Part shown: positions 48,740 to 59,300 of the stretch, in pieces
How positions within the stretch are numbered: position 1 is the stretch's first letter
Layout of the letters: every line of letters begins with the position of its first letter
Assembly: GCA_963796055.1 (NCBI GenBank)
Contig: CAWCKH010000004.1
Span: forward strand, 1,536,001 to 1,600,000
DNA length: 64,000 nucleotides
DNA from: an uncultured delta proteobacterium
GTDB taxonomy: Bacteria > Myxococcota > Myxococcia > Myxococcales > Myxococcaceae
Direction of reading: 5' to 3'
Translations under genes and position numbers: made by a program
Notes under the pieces: generated by a model
Seen by the model: only the letters and a program-made list of their open reading frames with translations
Databases searched by the model: none
Told to the model about the DNA's origin: nothing

Positions 48740-48915
48740 CGGGGGAGTTCCCCTGTACCACAGCCCGTGGAGGCCACCGCCAGCCTGCCCCTCGACCGTG
48801 GAGGGACGCCCGGCCGGCCGGTGGCAGATCCATGGCGCCCGCGCAGCCCGATGCCCGGAACCCGCGGCCGACGCGCTAGTCTGTATCCGCCCAGCGGAGG
48901 GGCAGGGGGAGCATC

Positions 48916-50268
48916 ATGGCGAGCATCGGTCGGGCATGCGTGGTGGGGGCGGGACCCGCCGGACTCTCGCTGGCGCGGGCGCTCCTCGCGCAGGGCGTGC
49001 CGTTCGACGTCTACGAGCGGCACCGGGACGTGGGAGGCCTCTGGGACCAGAACAATCCCGGCTCACCGGTCTACGACTCGGCGCACTTCATCTCCTCGAA
49101 GACCCAGTCGCACTTCCACGACTTCCCGATGCCCGAGGGTTACCCGGACTACCCCTCCCATGCGCAGGTCCTGGCGTACATGCGCGCGTTCGCCGACGCC
49201 TACGGGCTTCGCCAGCACATCCGGTTCGACACCGGCGTGACCTCCGCCGTTCCCGAGGGCGCGGGCTGGCGGGTGACGCTGTCCAGCGGCGAGGTCCGCT
49301 CGTACGCCTCGCTGGTCTGCGCCAACGGCACCAACTGGCACGCCACGATGCCCAGCTATCCAGGCGTCTTCGCCGGCGAGATGCGCCACACGCAGACCTA
49401 CCGGTCGGCGGAGGAGCTCCGGGGCAAGCGGGTGCTGATCATCGGTGCCGGAAACTCCGGGGCCGACATCGCCTGCGACGCCGCGCGAACCTCGGCGAAG
49501 GCGTTCCTCAGCGTGCGTCGCGGCTACCACTTCATCCCCAAGCACATCTTCGGCAAGCCGGCGGACGTCTTCGCCGAGGAGTCACCGAAGATGCCGAAGT
49601 GGCTCCAGCAGCGCGTGTTCGGCGCCCTGCTTCGGCTGCTGAACGGCGACGTCCGGCGGCTCGGGCTCCCGAAGCCGGACCACCGCATCTTCGAGACGCA
49701 CCCGATCCTGAACACGCAGGTCTTGCACTACCTCGCCCACGGAGATCTGAAGGCGATGCCGGATGTCGAGCGGTTCGCGGGGAGGACCGTGCACTTCAAG
49801 AACGGGGCGACCGAGGAGATCGACCTGGTGCTGTGCGCCACCGGCTACGACTGGAGCATCCCGTACGTCCCCGCGGAGGCGTTCCGGTGGAAGGGACAGC
49901 GGCCGGACCTCTACCTGGCCCTCTTCAGCCGCGAGAACCCGCGGCTCTACGTGATGGGCTACCTGGAGACGAACAGCGGCGCGTACCGGTTCTTCGATGA
50001 CATGGCCGATCTCCTCGCCCGCGCCATCGTCGCGCGCGCCGAGGGCGGAGCGGCCGGACGGGCGGTGGACGCGCTCGTCAGCACCGACCAGCCGGACCTG
50101 ACCGGGGGCATTCACTTCATCGCCACGGACCGGCATGCGACCTACGTCGACGGGAATACCTACCGGAAGCACCTCAGGCGGGTGCGCCGGAGGCTGGGAT
50201 GGCCGGAGCTGAGCCCGGGTTGCTACGACCGGCTTCGCTCGAGGCAGGGAGCCGACGCGGCCGCCTGA
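48916..50268 (+). CDS. Flavin-containing monooxygenase (class B)
   Basis: GAGPAG and GAGNSG Rossmann motifs, FAGEMRHTQTY (FxGxxxHxxxY) and CATGY. Confidence 0.92.
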   Translation: MASIGRACVVGAGPAGLSLARALLAQGVPFDVYERHRDVGGLWDQNNPGSPVYDSAHFISSKTQSHFHDFPMPEGYPDYPSHAQVLAYMRAFADAYGLRQHIRFDTGVTSAVPEGAGWRVTLSSGEVRSYASLVCANGTNWHATMPSYPGVFAGEMRHTQTYRSAEELRGKRVLIIGAGNSGADIACDAARTSAKAFLSVRRGYHFIPKHIFGKPADVFAEESPKMPKWLQQRVFGALLRLLNGDVRRLGLPKPDHRIFETHPILNTQVLHYLAHGDLKAMPDVERFAGRTVHFKNGATEEIDLVLCATGYDWSIPYVPAEAFRWKGQRPDLYLALFSRENPRLYVMGYLETNSGAYRFFDDMADLLARAIVARAEGGAAGRAVDALVSTDQPDLTGGIHFIATDRHATYVDGNTYRKHLRRVRRRLGWPELSPGCYDRLRSRQGADAAA

Positions 50269-50290
50269 GGGTGGTGGAGTGCCTCCTGCC

Positions 50291-51187
50291 ATGCCCGCTC
50301 TCCCGCTGCTCCTCGTCGACGCGTTCACCGATCGCCCGTTCGCCGGGAACGCCTGCTCGGTGGTCCTCGATGCGGGTGGTCTGTCCCGTGAGCTGATGCA
50401 GGCCATCGCCCGGGAGATGAACCAGAGCGAGACCGCGTTCGTCCTGGGTGGGAGTGGCACCCGCTTCGACGTCCGCTACTACACCCCCGGCGAGGAGATC
50501 CCGCTGGCGGGTCATCCGACCATCGCCACCACCGCGGCGCTCGCCGATGCAAGGAGGCTGGTGGCCACCGGGCGGCGGACGGAGGTCACCTTCGTGCTCC
50601 GGGACGGGCCGATCGCGATCGCCTACGAGCGGCCGGCGACCGGGCCGGCGCGGGTGGTGATGACCCAGCGCCCGCCCGAGTTCCGGCAGGTGCTCGACCG
50701 GGCCGCCACCGCGGGCATCGTCGGGCTCGGACCGTCGGACCTCCGCACCGACGCGCCCGTCCAGGTGGTCAGCACCGGGACCCCGCAGCTGATGATCCCG
50801 GTCGCCACGATGGACGCCCTCCGGCGGGCGCGGATCGACGTCCCGCGGTACGTGGCCCTTCGAGAGCAGGAGAAGTTCTTCAGCGTGCACCTGTTCGTGG
50901 TCGAGGGCGTGACGCCGCGCGGCCGCACCTTCGCCCGGCACTTCGGGGTTCCGCCGGACCACACCGAGGACCCCGTCACCGGCTCGGCCACGGGCGGAAT
51001 GGGCGCGTACCTGTTCCACCACCGGCTGGTCCGCGAGCACGACTTCGTCGCCGAGCAGGGGCACTGGATGGGGCGGCCGGGGATGGTCGACGTTCACCTG
51101 GACGGGACGCCCGAGGATGTCCGCTCGGTCTCGGTCGGTGGGCCCGCGGTGGTGGTCGCGCGGGGCACGCTCGAGGTCCCCGGGTGA
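50291..51187 (+). CDS. PhzF family isomerase/epimerase
   Basis: VDAFTDRPFAGN, EMNQSETAF, LAGHPT and EDPVTGSA. Confidence 0.92.
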   Translation: MPALPLLLVDAFTDRPFAGNACSVVLDAGGLSRELMQAIAREMNQSETAFVLGGSGTRFDVRYYTPGEEIPLAGHPTIATTAALADARRLVATGRRTEVTFVLRDGPIAIAYERPATGPARVVMTQRPPEFRQVLDRAATAGIVGLGPSDLRTDAPVQVVSTGTPQLMIPVATMDALRRARIDVPRYVALREQEKFFSVHLFVVEGVTPRGRTFARHFGVPPDHTEDPVTGSATGGMGAYLFHHRLVREHDFVAEQGHWMGRPGMVDVHLDGTPEDVRSVSVGGPAVVVARGTLEVPG

Positions 51188-51227
51188 GGGTGGAGGTCGG
51201 TGTCGCGCGGTGCCAGAGTGCAGCTCG

Positions 51228-51866
51228 ATGAGAGCGGCGCTCGACCACCTCGCCATCGCCGCCTCGTCACTGGACGTGTCGACCCTCGAGCGGGTCCTCG
51301 GTGTGCCGCTCGCAGGCGGTGGCAAGCACACGCGGATGGGCACCCACAACCGGCTCCTCCGGCTGGGGAGCGACGCGTACCTCGAGCTCATCGCCCCTGA
51401 CCCCGAGGGGATTCCGCCCGAGCGGCCACGCTGGTTCGCGCTCGACGCCCCGACGATGCAGGCGCTGCTCGCCGAGGGACCCCGCCTCGTGCACTGGGTT
51501 GCGCGCGTCCTGACGACCGAGCTTCCGCCGCTCCCGTTCGACGTCGGTCCCTGGGAGAGCTTCCAGCGCGGCGACCTCTCCTGGCAGCTCACCGTCCGCG
51601 GTGATGGGGCGCTGCCCGCGGACGGCGTCGTGCCGAGCCTCATCTGCTGGGGTGGACCGGCCCACCCCGCAGCACGGCTGCCAGATGCCGGCGTCACCCT
51701 CGAGGGCCTGGAGCTGGAGCACCCACGCGGGGAGGACGTCCAGCGGCAGCTCGACCTGCTCGGGCTTCCCTACCGGTGCGCGACGGCGCCGGTGCCGCGG
51801 ATCACCGTCCATCTTCGGATGCCGGCCGGGACGAGGACGCTCCACAGCACCGAGCCGATCCGGTGA
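51228..51866 (+). CDS. VOC/glyoxalase-like protein
   Basis: LDHLAIAA, GGKHTRMGTHNRLL, YLELIAPDP and RGDLSWQLT. Confidence 0.85.
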   Translation: MRAALDHLAIAASSLDVSTLERVLGVPLAGGGKHTRMGTHNRLLRLGSDAYLELIAPDPEGIPPERPRWFALDAPTMQALLAEGPRLVHWVARVLTTELPPLPFDVGPWESFQRGDLSWQLTVRGDGALPADGVVPSLICWGGPAHPAARLPDAGVTLEGLELEHPRGEDVQRQLDLLGLPYRCATAPVPRITVHLRMPAGTRTLHSTEPIR

Positions 51867-52369
51867 CCATCCCGGACCCTCTCGCGGCGCTGACCTTCGA
51901 GCCACTCGGTCCCGACCACGCGTCGGTGCTCTTCCCCGTGCTCGGCGACGCGCGCGTCTGGGAGCACCTCCAGGGGACGGATGGCTCGAGCGAGGCGCAG
52001 ATGCGCACCGCGTACGCTCGGCGAGCCGCCGGCCCGATTCGCCCCGGCGAGCGATGGGTCAACTACGCCGTCCGTCTCGTGGAGGGTCCGTACCTCGGGC
52101 GAATCGAGGCCACGGTCCATGCAGAGGGCTGGGCGGAGATCGCCTACGTCTTCGGGCTTGCGCACCGAGGCCGGGGCTACGCGCGCGCCGCGGTGCAATG
52201 GCTGCTCGACACCCTCGGCGTGGACGAGGTCTGGGCGACGACCATTCACGCCAACCTCCGCTCACGCCGGCTTCTCGCCGCCCTCGGCTTCTCCGAGGCG
52301 CCGCAGTCACGGCCGCTCGCGTCGTGGGACCCAGGCGACCTGACTTACAGGTGGGAGCGGCGCCCCTGA
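51863..52369 (+). CDS. GNAT (RimJ/RimL-like) N-acetyltransferase
   Basis: AEIAYVF..HRGRGYA and NLRSRRLLAALGF; GTGA coupling. Confidence 0.82.
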   Translation: MTIPDPLAALTFEPLGPDHASVLFPVLGDARVWEHLQGTDGSSEAQMRTAYARRAAGPIRPGERWVNYAVRLVEGPYLGRIEATVHAEGWAEIAYVFGLAHRGRGYARAAVQWLLDTLGVDEVWATTIHANLRSRRLLAALGFSEAPQSRPLASWDPGDLTYRWERRP

Positions 52370-52418
52370 CCGGCGCGTCTTTCCTGAGCCCCGCCAGTCT
52401 GGCAGGGTGCTGGCGAAC

Positions 52419-53474
52419 ATGGCTCGTCTGAAGGCCGTCCTCATCGGCGGTACCGGCTACGGAGGGGCAGAGGTCCTCCGTCGGCTCCTCTTCCACCCCC
52501 AGGTGGAGGTCGCGCGGGTCACGGCGGCCGACAACATCGGCAAGCAGGTCGGCGACGTGCACTTCAGTCTCGCCGGGCTGACCGCCCTCGCGTTCCAGGA
52601 GATGGCTCCCGAGCAGGCCGTCGCCGGGATGGACGTGGCCTTCCTCGCCATGCCCCACAAGACGACCGCCAAGGTCGTCCAGGCCATCCTCGGCTCGGGC
52701 GTCCGCATCGTCGATCTCTCGGGCGACTTCCGGCTTCGTGACCCCGCCGCCTACGAGAAGTACTACGGCGTCGCCCACCCCTCGCCGAGGTCTCTCACCG
52801 ACGGCGTCTTCACCTACGGGATGCCGGAAGTGAACCGCGCCGCGATCGCCAGGGCCAGGTACATCGCCTCGCCGGGCTGCTTCGCGACCACCATCGCCCT
52901 CGGGCTCCTGCCGCTGGCGCGCGCGGGGATGCTCGGCGGCCCGGTGCACACCGTGGCGGCGACCGGCAGCTCGGGCTCGGGCGCGAACCCGCAGCTCACC
53001 ACCCACCACCCGCTGCGCGCGGTGAATCTCCGGACCTACAAGCCGCTCGACCACCAGCACATCCCGGAGATCCTCCAGACGCTCCAGGGCGCCGGCGGAC
53101 GGGACCTGGCGCTGGAGTTCGTCCCGGTCTCGGCGCCGCTCCCTCGCGGCATCTTCGCCACCAGCTTCGTCGACGTGCCGGCCTCGACCACCGTGGAGCA
53201 GCTGAACGAGGCGTGGGCCCGCTGCTACGCGGGCGAGCCGTTCGTCCGGGTGGTCCAGGGACGTCAGCCGGAGGTGGTCGCGGTCTCGGGCGGCAACTAC
53301 GTCGAGGTCGGCTTCACGCTTGGCGCGCCCACCGGATCCACCCGGCGGGTGGTGTGCTTCAGTGCGCTGGACAATCTGGTCAAGGGCGGCGCGGGTCAAG
53401 CGATCCAGGCGTTCAACGTGATGATGGGATTCGACGAGACGCTCACCCTGAAGGAGCCGGGGCTCTGGCCGTGA
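52419..53474 (+). CDS. argC: N-acetyl-gamma-glutamyl-phosphate reductase
   Basis: GGTGYGG, DLSGDFRL, SPGCFAT, HQHIPEI and DNLVKGGAGQAIQ. Confidence 0.95.
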   Translation: MARLKAVLIGGTGYGGAEVLRRLLFHPQVEVARVTAADNIGKQVGDVHFSLAGLTALAFQEMAPEQAVAGMDVAFLAMPHKTTAKVVQAILGSGVRIVDLSGDFRLRDPAAYEKYYGVAHPSPRSLTDGVFTYGMPEVNRAAIARARYIASPGCFATTIALGLLPLARAGMLGGPVHTVAATGSSGSGANPQLTTHHPLRAVNLRTYKPLDHQHIPEILQTLQGAGGRDLALEFVPVSAPLPRGIFATSFVDVPASTTVEQLNEAWARCYAGEPFVRVVQGRQPEVVAVSGGNYVEVGFTLGAPTGSTRRVVCFSALDNLVKGGAGQAIQAFNVMMGFDETLTLKEPGLWP

Positions 53475-54316
53475 CCGCACTCTCCGACTTTGCCGGACGG
53501 TGGTTCGTGGTGAAGGTGGGCGGCGAGCTGGCCGCGGACCGGACACGGCTCGCCGGGAGCGTTGGAGCCGCGGTGGGTGAGTTCCTCGGTGCGGGCATCC
53601 GTGTCGCCGTGGTCCACGGCGGAGGACCCCAGGCCACCGAGCTCGGGCGGCGGCTCGGGCTCGAGCCGACCATCGTCGGAGGCCGCCGGGTGACCGACCC
53701 GGAGACCCTCGAGGTGATGAAGATGGCCCTCGCCGGCCAGGTCTCGGTCGACGTGGCGGCGGCGATGCGGCTGGCCGAGGTTCCGGCGCTGTGCACCACC
53801 GGGGTCTCGGCCGGGCTGCTGGATTCCGTGCGACGTCCCCCGACGGTCATCACCGGCGCGGGACCGAATCCGGTGGACCTCGGCCTGGTGGGGGACATCG
53901 TCTCGGTGGACACCGCGGCCCTCGAGCGGCTGGCGAGCGTGGGCTTCGTCCCGGTGCTCGGCTCGCTGGGCGGAGACTCGGGAGGCAACGTCTTCAACAT
54001 CAACGCCGACACCGTCGCCACCCGGGTGGCGGCGCGGCTCCGGGCGGCGAAGCTGTTCCTGGTCTCGAACGTCCCCGGCGTGCTCCGCGACAAGAACGAC
54101 CCGTCGACGCGCATGCCGCGGCTGACGGCGGCCGAGGCTCGCGAACAGATGGTCTCGGGGATCATCGCCGGAGGGATGATCCCCAAGGTGGAGGAGTCGC
54201 TGGCGATGCTCGAGGAGGGCATCGAGGCGATCCACATCGTGGGAATCGACCCGCCCACGTCGATCCTCGACGAGGCCCGCGAGCCGGGGAGCCGCGGCAC
54301 CGCCTTCGTTCGCTGA
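53471..54316 (+). CDS. argB: Acetylglutamate kinase
   Basis: VVKVGG, VHGGGPQ, GRRVTD, NINADTVA and GGMIPKV; GTGA coupling to argC. Confidence 0.93.
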   Translation: MTALSDFAGRWFVVKVGGELAADRTRLAGSVGAAVGEFLGAGIRVAVVHGGGPQATELGRRLGLEPTIVGGRRVTDPETLEVMKMALAGQVSVDVAAAMRLAEVPALCTTGVSAGLLDSVRRPPTVITGAGPNPVDLGLVGDIVSVDTAALERLASVGFVPVLGSLGGDSGGNVFNINADTVATRVAARLRAAKLFLVSNVPGVLRDKNDPSTRMPRLTAAEAREQMVSGIIAGGMIPKVEESLAMLEEGIEAIHIVGIDPPTSILDEAREPGSRGTAFVR

Positions 54317-54319
54317 GCG

Positions 54320-54505
54320 TCATCCGCCCTTCTTCTTCCGCCGCGGCCGCGGCACGAGCTCGCCGCCGCAGTTCGGGCAGATGCCCTTCATCGCCTCGGT
54401 GCAGGCCAGACAGAACGTACATTCGAAGCTGCAGATCCACGCCGGTCCATCCGGGGCCAGCGCCTCGCCGCAGCGCTCGCACACCGGCCGCATCTCGAGG
54501 GCCAC
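54320..54505 (-). CDS. DUF1272 family small Cys-rich protein
   Basis: LEMRPVCERC...ICSFECTFC..C...CPNCGGELVPRP; AAGGAGG SD. Confidence 0.88.
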   Translation of the reverse strand: MALEMRPVCERCGEALAPDGPAWICSFECTFCLACTEAMKGICPNCGGELVPRPRRKKKGG

Positions 54506-54517
54506 GGTGCGCCTCCT

Positions 54518-56245
54518 TCAGTTCCGGTCGAGGACCTTGAGCGCCTCGGCGATCTCGTCCTGCCCGCAGCCGTGCGGCATCCGCTTCTTCCGCGCCTTCT
54601 GCAGCGCGGCGATGGCCTGGGGGCGCCCCAGCTCTCCGAGACGGCGGGCAGCCACGATCCGCGCCGCGCAGTCCGTCCCCTCCAGCCAGCCGCCGTAGAC
54701 CCCCACCAGGTCCAGCGTCTCCGTCCGGTGCTGCCGCTCCAGGTACCGCAGCGCGCCCCAGGCCGCGTCGTTCGTGCCCGACTCGGCGATCGCCCGGAGC
54801 ACCGCCGTCGAGCGCCCGGCATCCAGCCCGTCCAGGAAATCCTTCCGGGGACCCTCGCCGCCCTCGAGCTCGAGATCTTCGACGACGCCGGCGAGCGTGC
54901 GCCGGCCGATCACCGAGCTCGCCCCGCGTGAGGCGAGGAGGACCTTGAGCTCCGCCCCGTGGTCACGCACTGCGTGGAGTGCCGCGCCCCGGAGCCCCGC
55001 CAGCTCGCTGGCCGGCGTCCCGCTCTTCTCCAGCCGGTCCAGGGTGTCGAGCGCCTCGCGCGCCTTGCCAGCCCCGAGCTGCGCCGCGGCCTCGTCGAGC
55101 GGGGAGCGCCCTCCCCGAAGCCCGAGGAATGCGACGATCGCCGCCACCGCCGCAAGGCCAACCAGCACCGGCGTCCGCCACCTCGGCGCGCCCAGGGTCG
55201 AGGACAGCGTGTCCGCCACCCGCGGCGGGGGCACGGGCGTGACCGAACCGGTGGGCAGCTCGAGCAAGGGGCCTTCCTGAGGAGCCGGCGATGCCGCAGC
55301 CGGGCGCCGGGCGAAGATGACCTCCGAGACGCTGGAGATGGCCCGCGGGAGCATGGGCCCCATCCGCCCCGACGCCTTCGGCGGCGCCTCCAGCGCGCGC
55401 ACCAGATCCTCCGCGGTCTGGAACCGCGTCTTCGGTTCCTTCGCCAGGCACCGCATGACGATCGCCGACAGATCCGGGTCCTCGGCCATCGCCGGGGCGA
55501 TGTCCACCAGCGGCGTGGGCGGCGTGCCGATGTGCTGGAGCAGGTAGTCGCGCGCGTTTGGCCCGTTGAACGGCAGCGACCCGGAGAGCATCCGGTAGGA
55601 GAGCACTCCCAGCGAGTAGATGTCGCTGCGGGCGTCCAGCGGATAGCCCATCGCCTGCTCCGGCGAGAGGTACTCGGGCGTGCCCAGCACCACCCCCACC
55701 GCGCTCAGCCCCTTCGCGTCCGGGTCCGGCTGGAGCAGCTTGGCGATGCCAAAGTCCAGCAGCCGCGCCTGCTCACCCCGTGGCCCGGGCGTGAGCACCA
55801 CGTTCTCCGGCTTGAGGTCGCGGTGGATGATGCCCTTGTCGTGGATGGCGGCCAGCCCCTCGGCCAGCTGCAGCATCACCCGGCGGCCCCGCTCCGGTGT
55901 GAGGGCCCCGTTGCCCAGGTGCTGGAGCAAGGTCTCGCCCTCGGCGAACTCCATCACCAGGCACGTCGCGTCCTGGGACTGCCCGAAGTCGATGACCCGC
56001 ACCACCGCCGGGTGCTCGACGCTCGAGAGCAGGCGCGCCTCGCGGCGAAAACGCTCGCTCATGCCCGGCTGCTGGCCCACCTCGCGGCGAAGCACCTTGA
56101 GCGCCACCCGCCGGCCGAGGCTGACCTGCTCGGCCAGGTAGACCTCGCCCATGCCGCCACCCCCGAGGTGGCCCAGCACACGGAAGCGTTCCCCGAGGAC
56201 CAGTGAGTTCGGCTCGAGCACGGCCGACCGAACGTTACCAGCCAC
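54518..56245 (-). CDS. Membrane Ser/Thr protein kinase with helical extracytoplasmic domain
   Basis: GGGGMGEVY, VALKVL, HRDLKPEN, DFGIA and GTPEYLSPE; single TM; C-terminal HEAT/TPR-like helices. Confidence 0.92.
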   Translation of the reverse strand: MAGNVRSAVLEPNSLVLGERFRVLGHLGGGGMGEVYLAEQVSLGRRVALKVLRREVGQQPGMSERFRREARLLSSVEHPAVVRVIDFGQSQDATCLVMEFAEGETLLQHLGNGALTPERGRRVMLQLAEGLAAIHDKGIIHRDLKPENVVLTPGPRGEQARLLDFGIAKLLQPDPDAKGLSAVGVVLGTPEYLSPEQAMGYPLDARSDIYSLGVLSYRMLSGSLPFNGPNARDYLLQHIGTPPTPLVDIAPAMAEDPDLSAIVMRCLAKEPKTRFQTAEDLVRALEAPPKASGRMGPMLPRAISSVSEVIFARRPAAASPAPQEGPLLELPTGSVTPVPPPRVADTLSSTLGAPRWRTPVLVGLAAVAAIVAFLGLRGGRSPLDEAAAQLGAGKAREALDTLDRLEKSGTPASELAGLRGAALHAVRDHGAELKVLLASRGASSVIGRRTLAGVVEDLELEGGEGPRKDFLDGLDAGRSTAVLRAIAESGTNDAAWGALRYLERQHRTETLDLVGVYGGWLEGTDCAARIVAARRLGELGRPQAIAALQKARKKRMPHGCGQDEIAEALKVLDRN

Positions 56246-56357
56246 GGGGTGCGTGCTTCACTGTCGTCCGCGCGCCTACCCACCGGCCAATCGACCGGAA
56301 ACGTCCCTTTTTTGGGGTGCCTTGGGCTGGGTGGTACCGTCGCCGACTGCACCTTTC

Positions 56358-59300
56358 ATGGCTTCCGAGGACACGTCCGGAGGCTCGGCCCCACCCGCAC
56401 CAGAGGGTCGGGTTGCCGGGCCCGAGCTGCGACTGCTGGACCGGCGAGCATTCGTCGGTTTCCCGCCCGTCGAGCTGCGCCCCGGCATCACCGTCGTCGA
56501 CTTCGGGCTGCAGATTCCCGACGTCAGCTTCCCCTTCGACGTCGGCTCCGGGGTGCAGAGGTACCAGCGGCGGAAGCTCCACTTCGGCTTCCTCGAGGTG
56601 GCGGTCGACGCGGAGCTGATCCGCCGCAGCGTCCAGGAGACGACCGCCTCGGCGCTCGAGATCTCGGACGTCGCGCTCCACTTCCGGCAGGGCTGGCTCG
56701 AGGGAGAGGCGAGGCTCAAGGGCCCGTCGCCCGCCGGCACCACCTTCAAGGTCGCCTTCGACGCCGACGGCGAGAGACTGGCGGTCTACCTCTACGACGT
56801 GCGCATGTACGGGTACTCCCCCGTGCCCGCGGCCACCGTCCCCCTGGTCCTTTCACGGGCAGTGCAGGGGACCGCCGCCTTGCCCGACGTCGAGCTCCGC
56901 GGGGCGAACGGCTTCTCGGCCCGGGTCCTCCCGCAGCTGGTGACCCTGGCCGCGGTCTCGCGCGGGTTCCGGATGCCGTCGCTCGACGGCGCGCGGCTCG
57001 CCGGGGTCGAGGTCTCGCCGCTGGGCCTGAGGCTCCGCTTCGCCGCCGGCGCCCTGCCGCCGCCGGCGCTCCTGGACGAGGAGCTGCTGCTCACGCTCGA
57101 GGGCGCACGCGCCTTCGCCGAGGCCGAGGCGCTGGTCGCCGCCGGGAAGCTGGGCGAGGCCCGCGAGGCCTACCTCCGCGGGGCGGGCGCCGAGGAGGCG
57201 CACCCCTTCGCCCTGGAGCGGCTGCTGGCGCTGCTGGTCGCCGACCCGGCCGCGCACGAGTACGCGCTGGACGTGGTGGAGACGCTCGCCCGGCGGCGTC
57301 CCGGCAGCGCCGCCCCGCTCTGGGCCGAGGCCATCGTCCGCGAGCGCCGCGGCGAGCCCGCCCGCAGCGCCGAGCGGTGGCTGGCGCTGATGGAGCTGGC
57401 CCGGAAGCGCGGCGACGAGGCCTCGGCGTTCAGCGCGGCCCAGGCCGCGGCCCGAGTCGCGGAGGGACAGGCGCCGCAGATGGCGGTGAAGGCGCTCCAC
57501 GCCGTCCTCGGCATTCGCCCCGACCATCTGCCGGCGCTGCGCTCCCTGGCCCGCGCCGCGGACCAGGCGCAGGACCGGGCCGGGGCGCTGCGCGCCTACC
57601 GCCGGCTCTCGGCGCTGGCGCGCGACCCGCTCGAGTCCGCAGAAGCGCACGTGCAGCTGGCGCGGCTGTCGGCGCTGAGCGAGGACGACGTGGCCGGGGC
57701 GCGCCTGCACTGCGAGGCGGCGCTCAGGCTCGCCCCCGACCTGCCGCCCGCGCTGGAGCTGCTGGGAGAGCTGTGCGCCCGCGCCGGTGAGCCGCTCCGG
57801 GCGCTCAGGGCCTTCGACCGCCTCCGGGACGTCGCGCTCGGGCGCCACGACCTCGGGCTGGTCGGCCGGGCCAACCTCCGCGCCGGCGAGGTCTGGGAGA
57901 AGGGGCTCGGGCAGCTGGACAACGCGCTCCTCCGCTACCGGGAGGCGGTCTCGCTGCTACCGGGCGACGTGGTGGCGCTGGTCGCCCAGGCCCGGGCCGC
58001 CGAGGAGCTGGGCCGCGTCGCCGAGGCGGTCACCGGGTACCAGCAGGGAGTCGAGCTCGCCGGACCGTCGCCGACCGACGCCGGCGTCCGCCGCGCCGCC
58101 CATGCCGCGCACCATGCCCTCGCCGCGCTGGCCACCTCGCGGTTCGGCGATCAGGTCCAGGCGCGCGAGCACTGGGAGGCGGCGCTGGCCCTGGTCCCCG
58201 ACGACGCCAAGGCCCTCGAGGCGCTGGTCCCCGCCTGGCGCGCCGCGGGAGATCCCGCCGCCCTCGCCCGCGCGCTCGAGCGGGCCGCGCCCACGGTGCC
58301 GGATCCGGTCCGGCGTGCCGCCTTCCTCGCCGAGGCCGGCGAGCTGCAACGCACCCGTCTGGCCGCCCCGGAGAAGGCGGAGTCGCTCCTGGGCCGGGCC
58401 ATCGACGCCGACCCGAAGAACCGCGCCGCGCTGGAGGGTCTGGTGGCCATCGGCGAGGCCCGGCGCGACGGCCCGCTGCTCGTCCGCTGCCTGTCGACGC
58501 TCTCCGAGCTGGCGCGGGACGGCGCCGACCGGGCGAAGTTCCTCCGCCGTCTGGCGGTGGCGGCCAAGGACCTCGCCTCGGACCTCGAGATCGCCGCGCG
58601 TGCCCTGGCGGACGTGCTGCGGATCGAGCCCGAGGACCTCCTCGCCTGGGGCGAGCTCTGCGCGCTGCAGCGCCGCCGCGCGGACATGCCCGGCCTGGCC
58701 GCCGCCCTCGCCGCCCGCGCGCGGGTGGCCGAGACACAGTCCGATCCGCGGCTGGCCGCAGCCTGCCTGCGGGAGCTGGCCCAGGTCGAGGAGGCCCGGC
58801 TGGGACGCTTCGGCGAGGCGCTGGTCGCGCTGGAGAAGGCCGCCCGGCTCGACCCGCGACCCGAGGTGCTGCTGGAGCTCGCCGACCTGTCGCTCCGCTG
58901 CGAGCGGCCCGAGCACGCCCGTCGCGCGCTCGAGGACGTGCTGGTCACGCTCCCCCGCACCGGCTCGCCGGAGAAGCTGGCCGAGGTTCGGGCCAAGCTC
59001 GGGCAGGCCTGCGAAATGACCGGCGACCTGGCCGCCGCCGCCGCGCACTACGCCGAGGCGCTGCCCTACCGGCGCGGAGACGACGCGCTGGCCGCCCGGC
59101 TCGAGGGGCTCTACGAGAAGCTCGGCCGCTCCAGGGAGCTGGCCGAGGTTTGGGCGCTCCGGGCCCGGCAGCTGCTCGCGGAGGGGCGCACCGAGGCCGC
59201 CGCGCCGCTGCTCTTCAAGGGTGCCCGGGCCCTCCTCGACGCGGGCCAGCGGGACGCCGCGCACCGGCAGCTCTACGCCGCGCTGGAGGTGGCGCCGCGG

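Noticed and set aside
50291..51187. Phenazine biosynthetic cluster
   Set aside because: Only a PhzF-family gene is present; no phzA/B, D, E or G.
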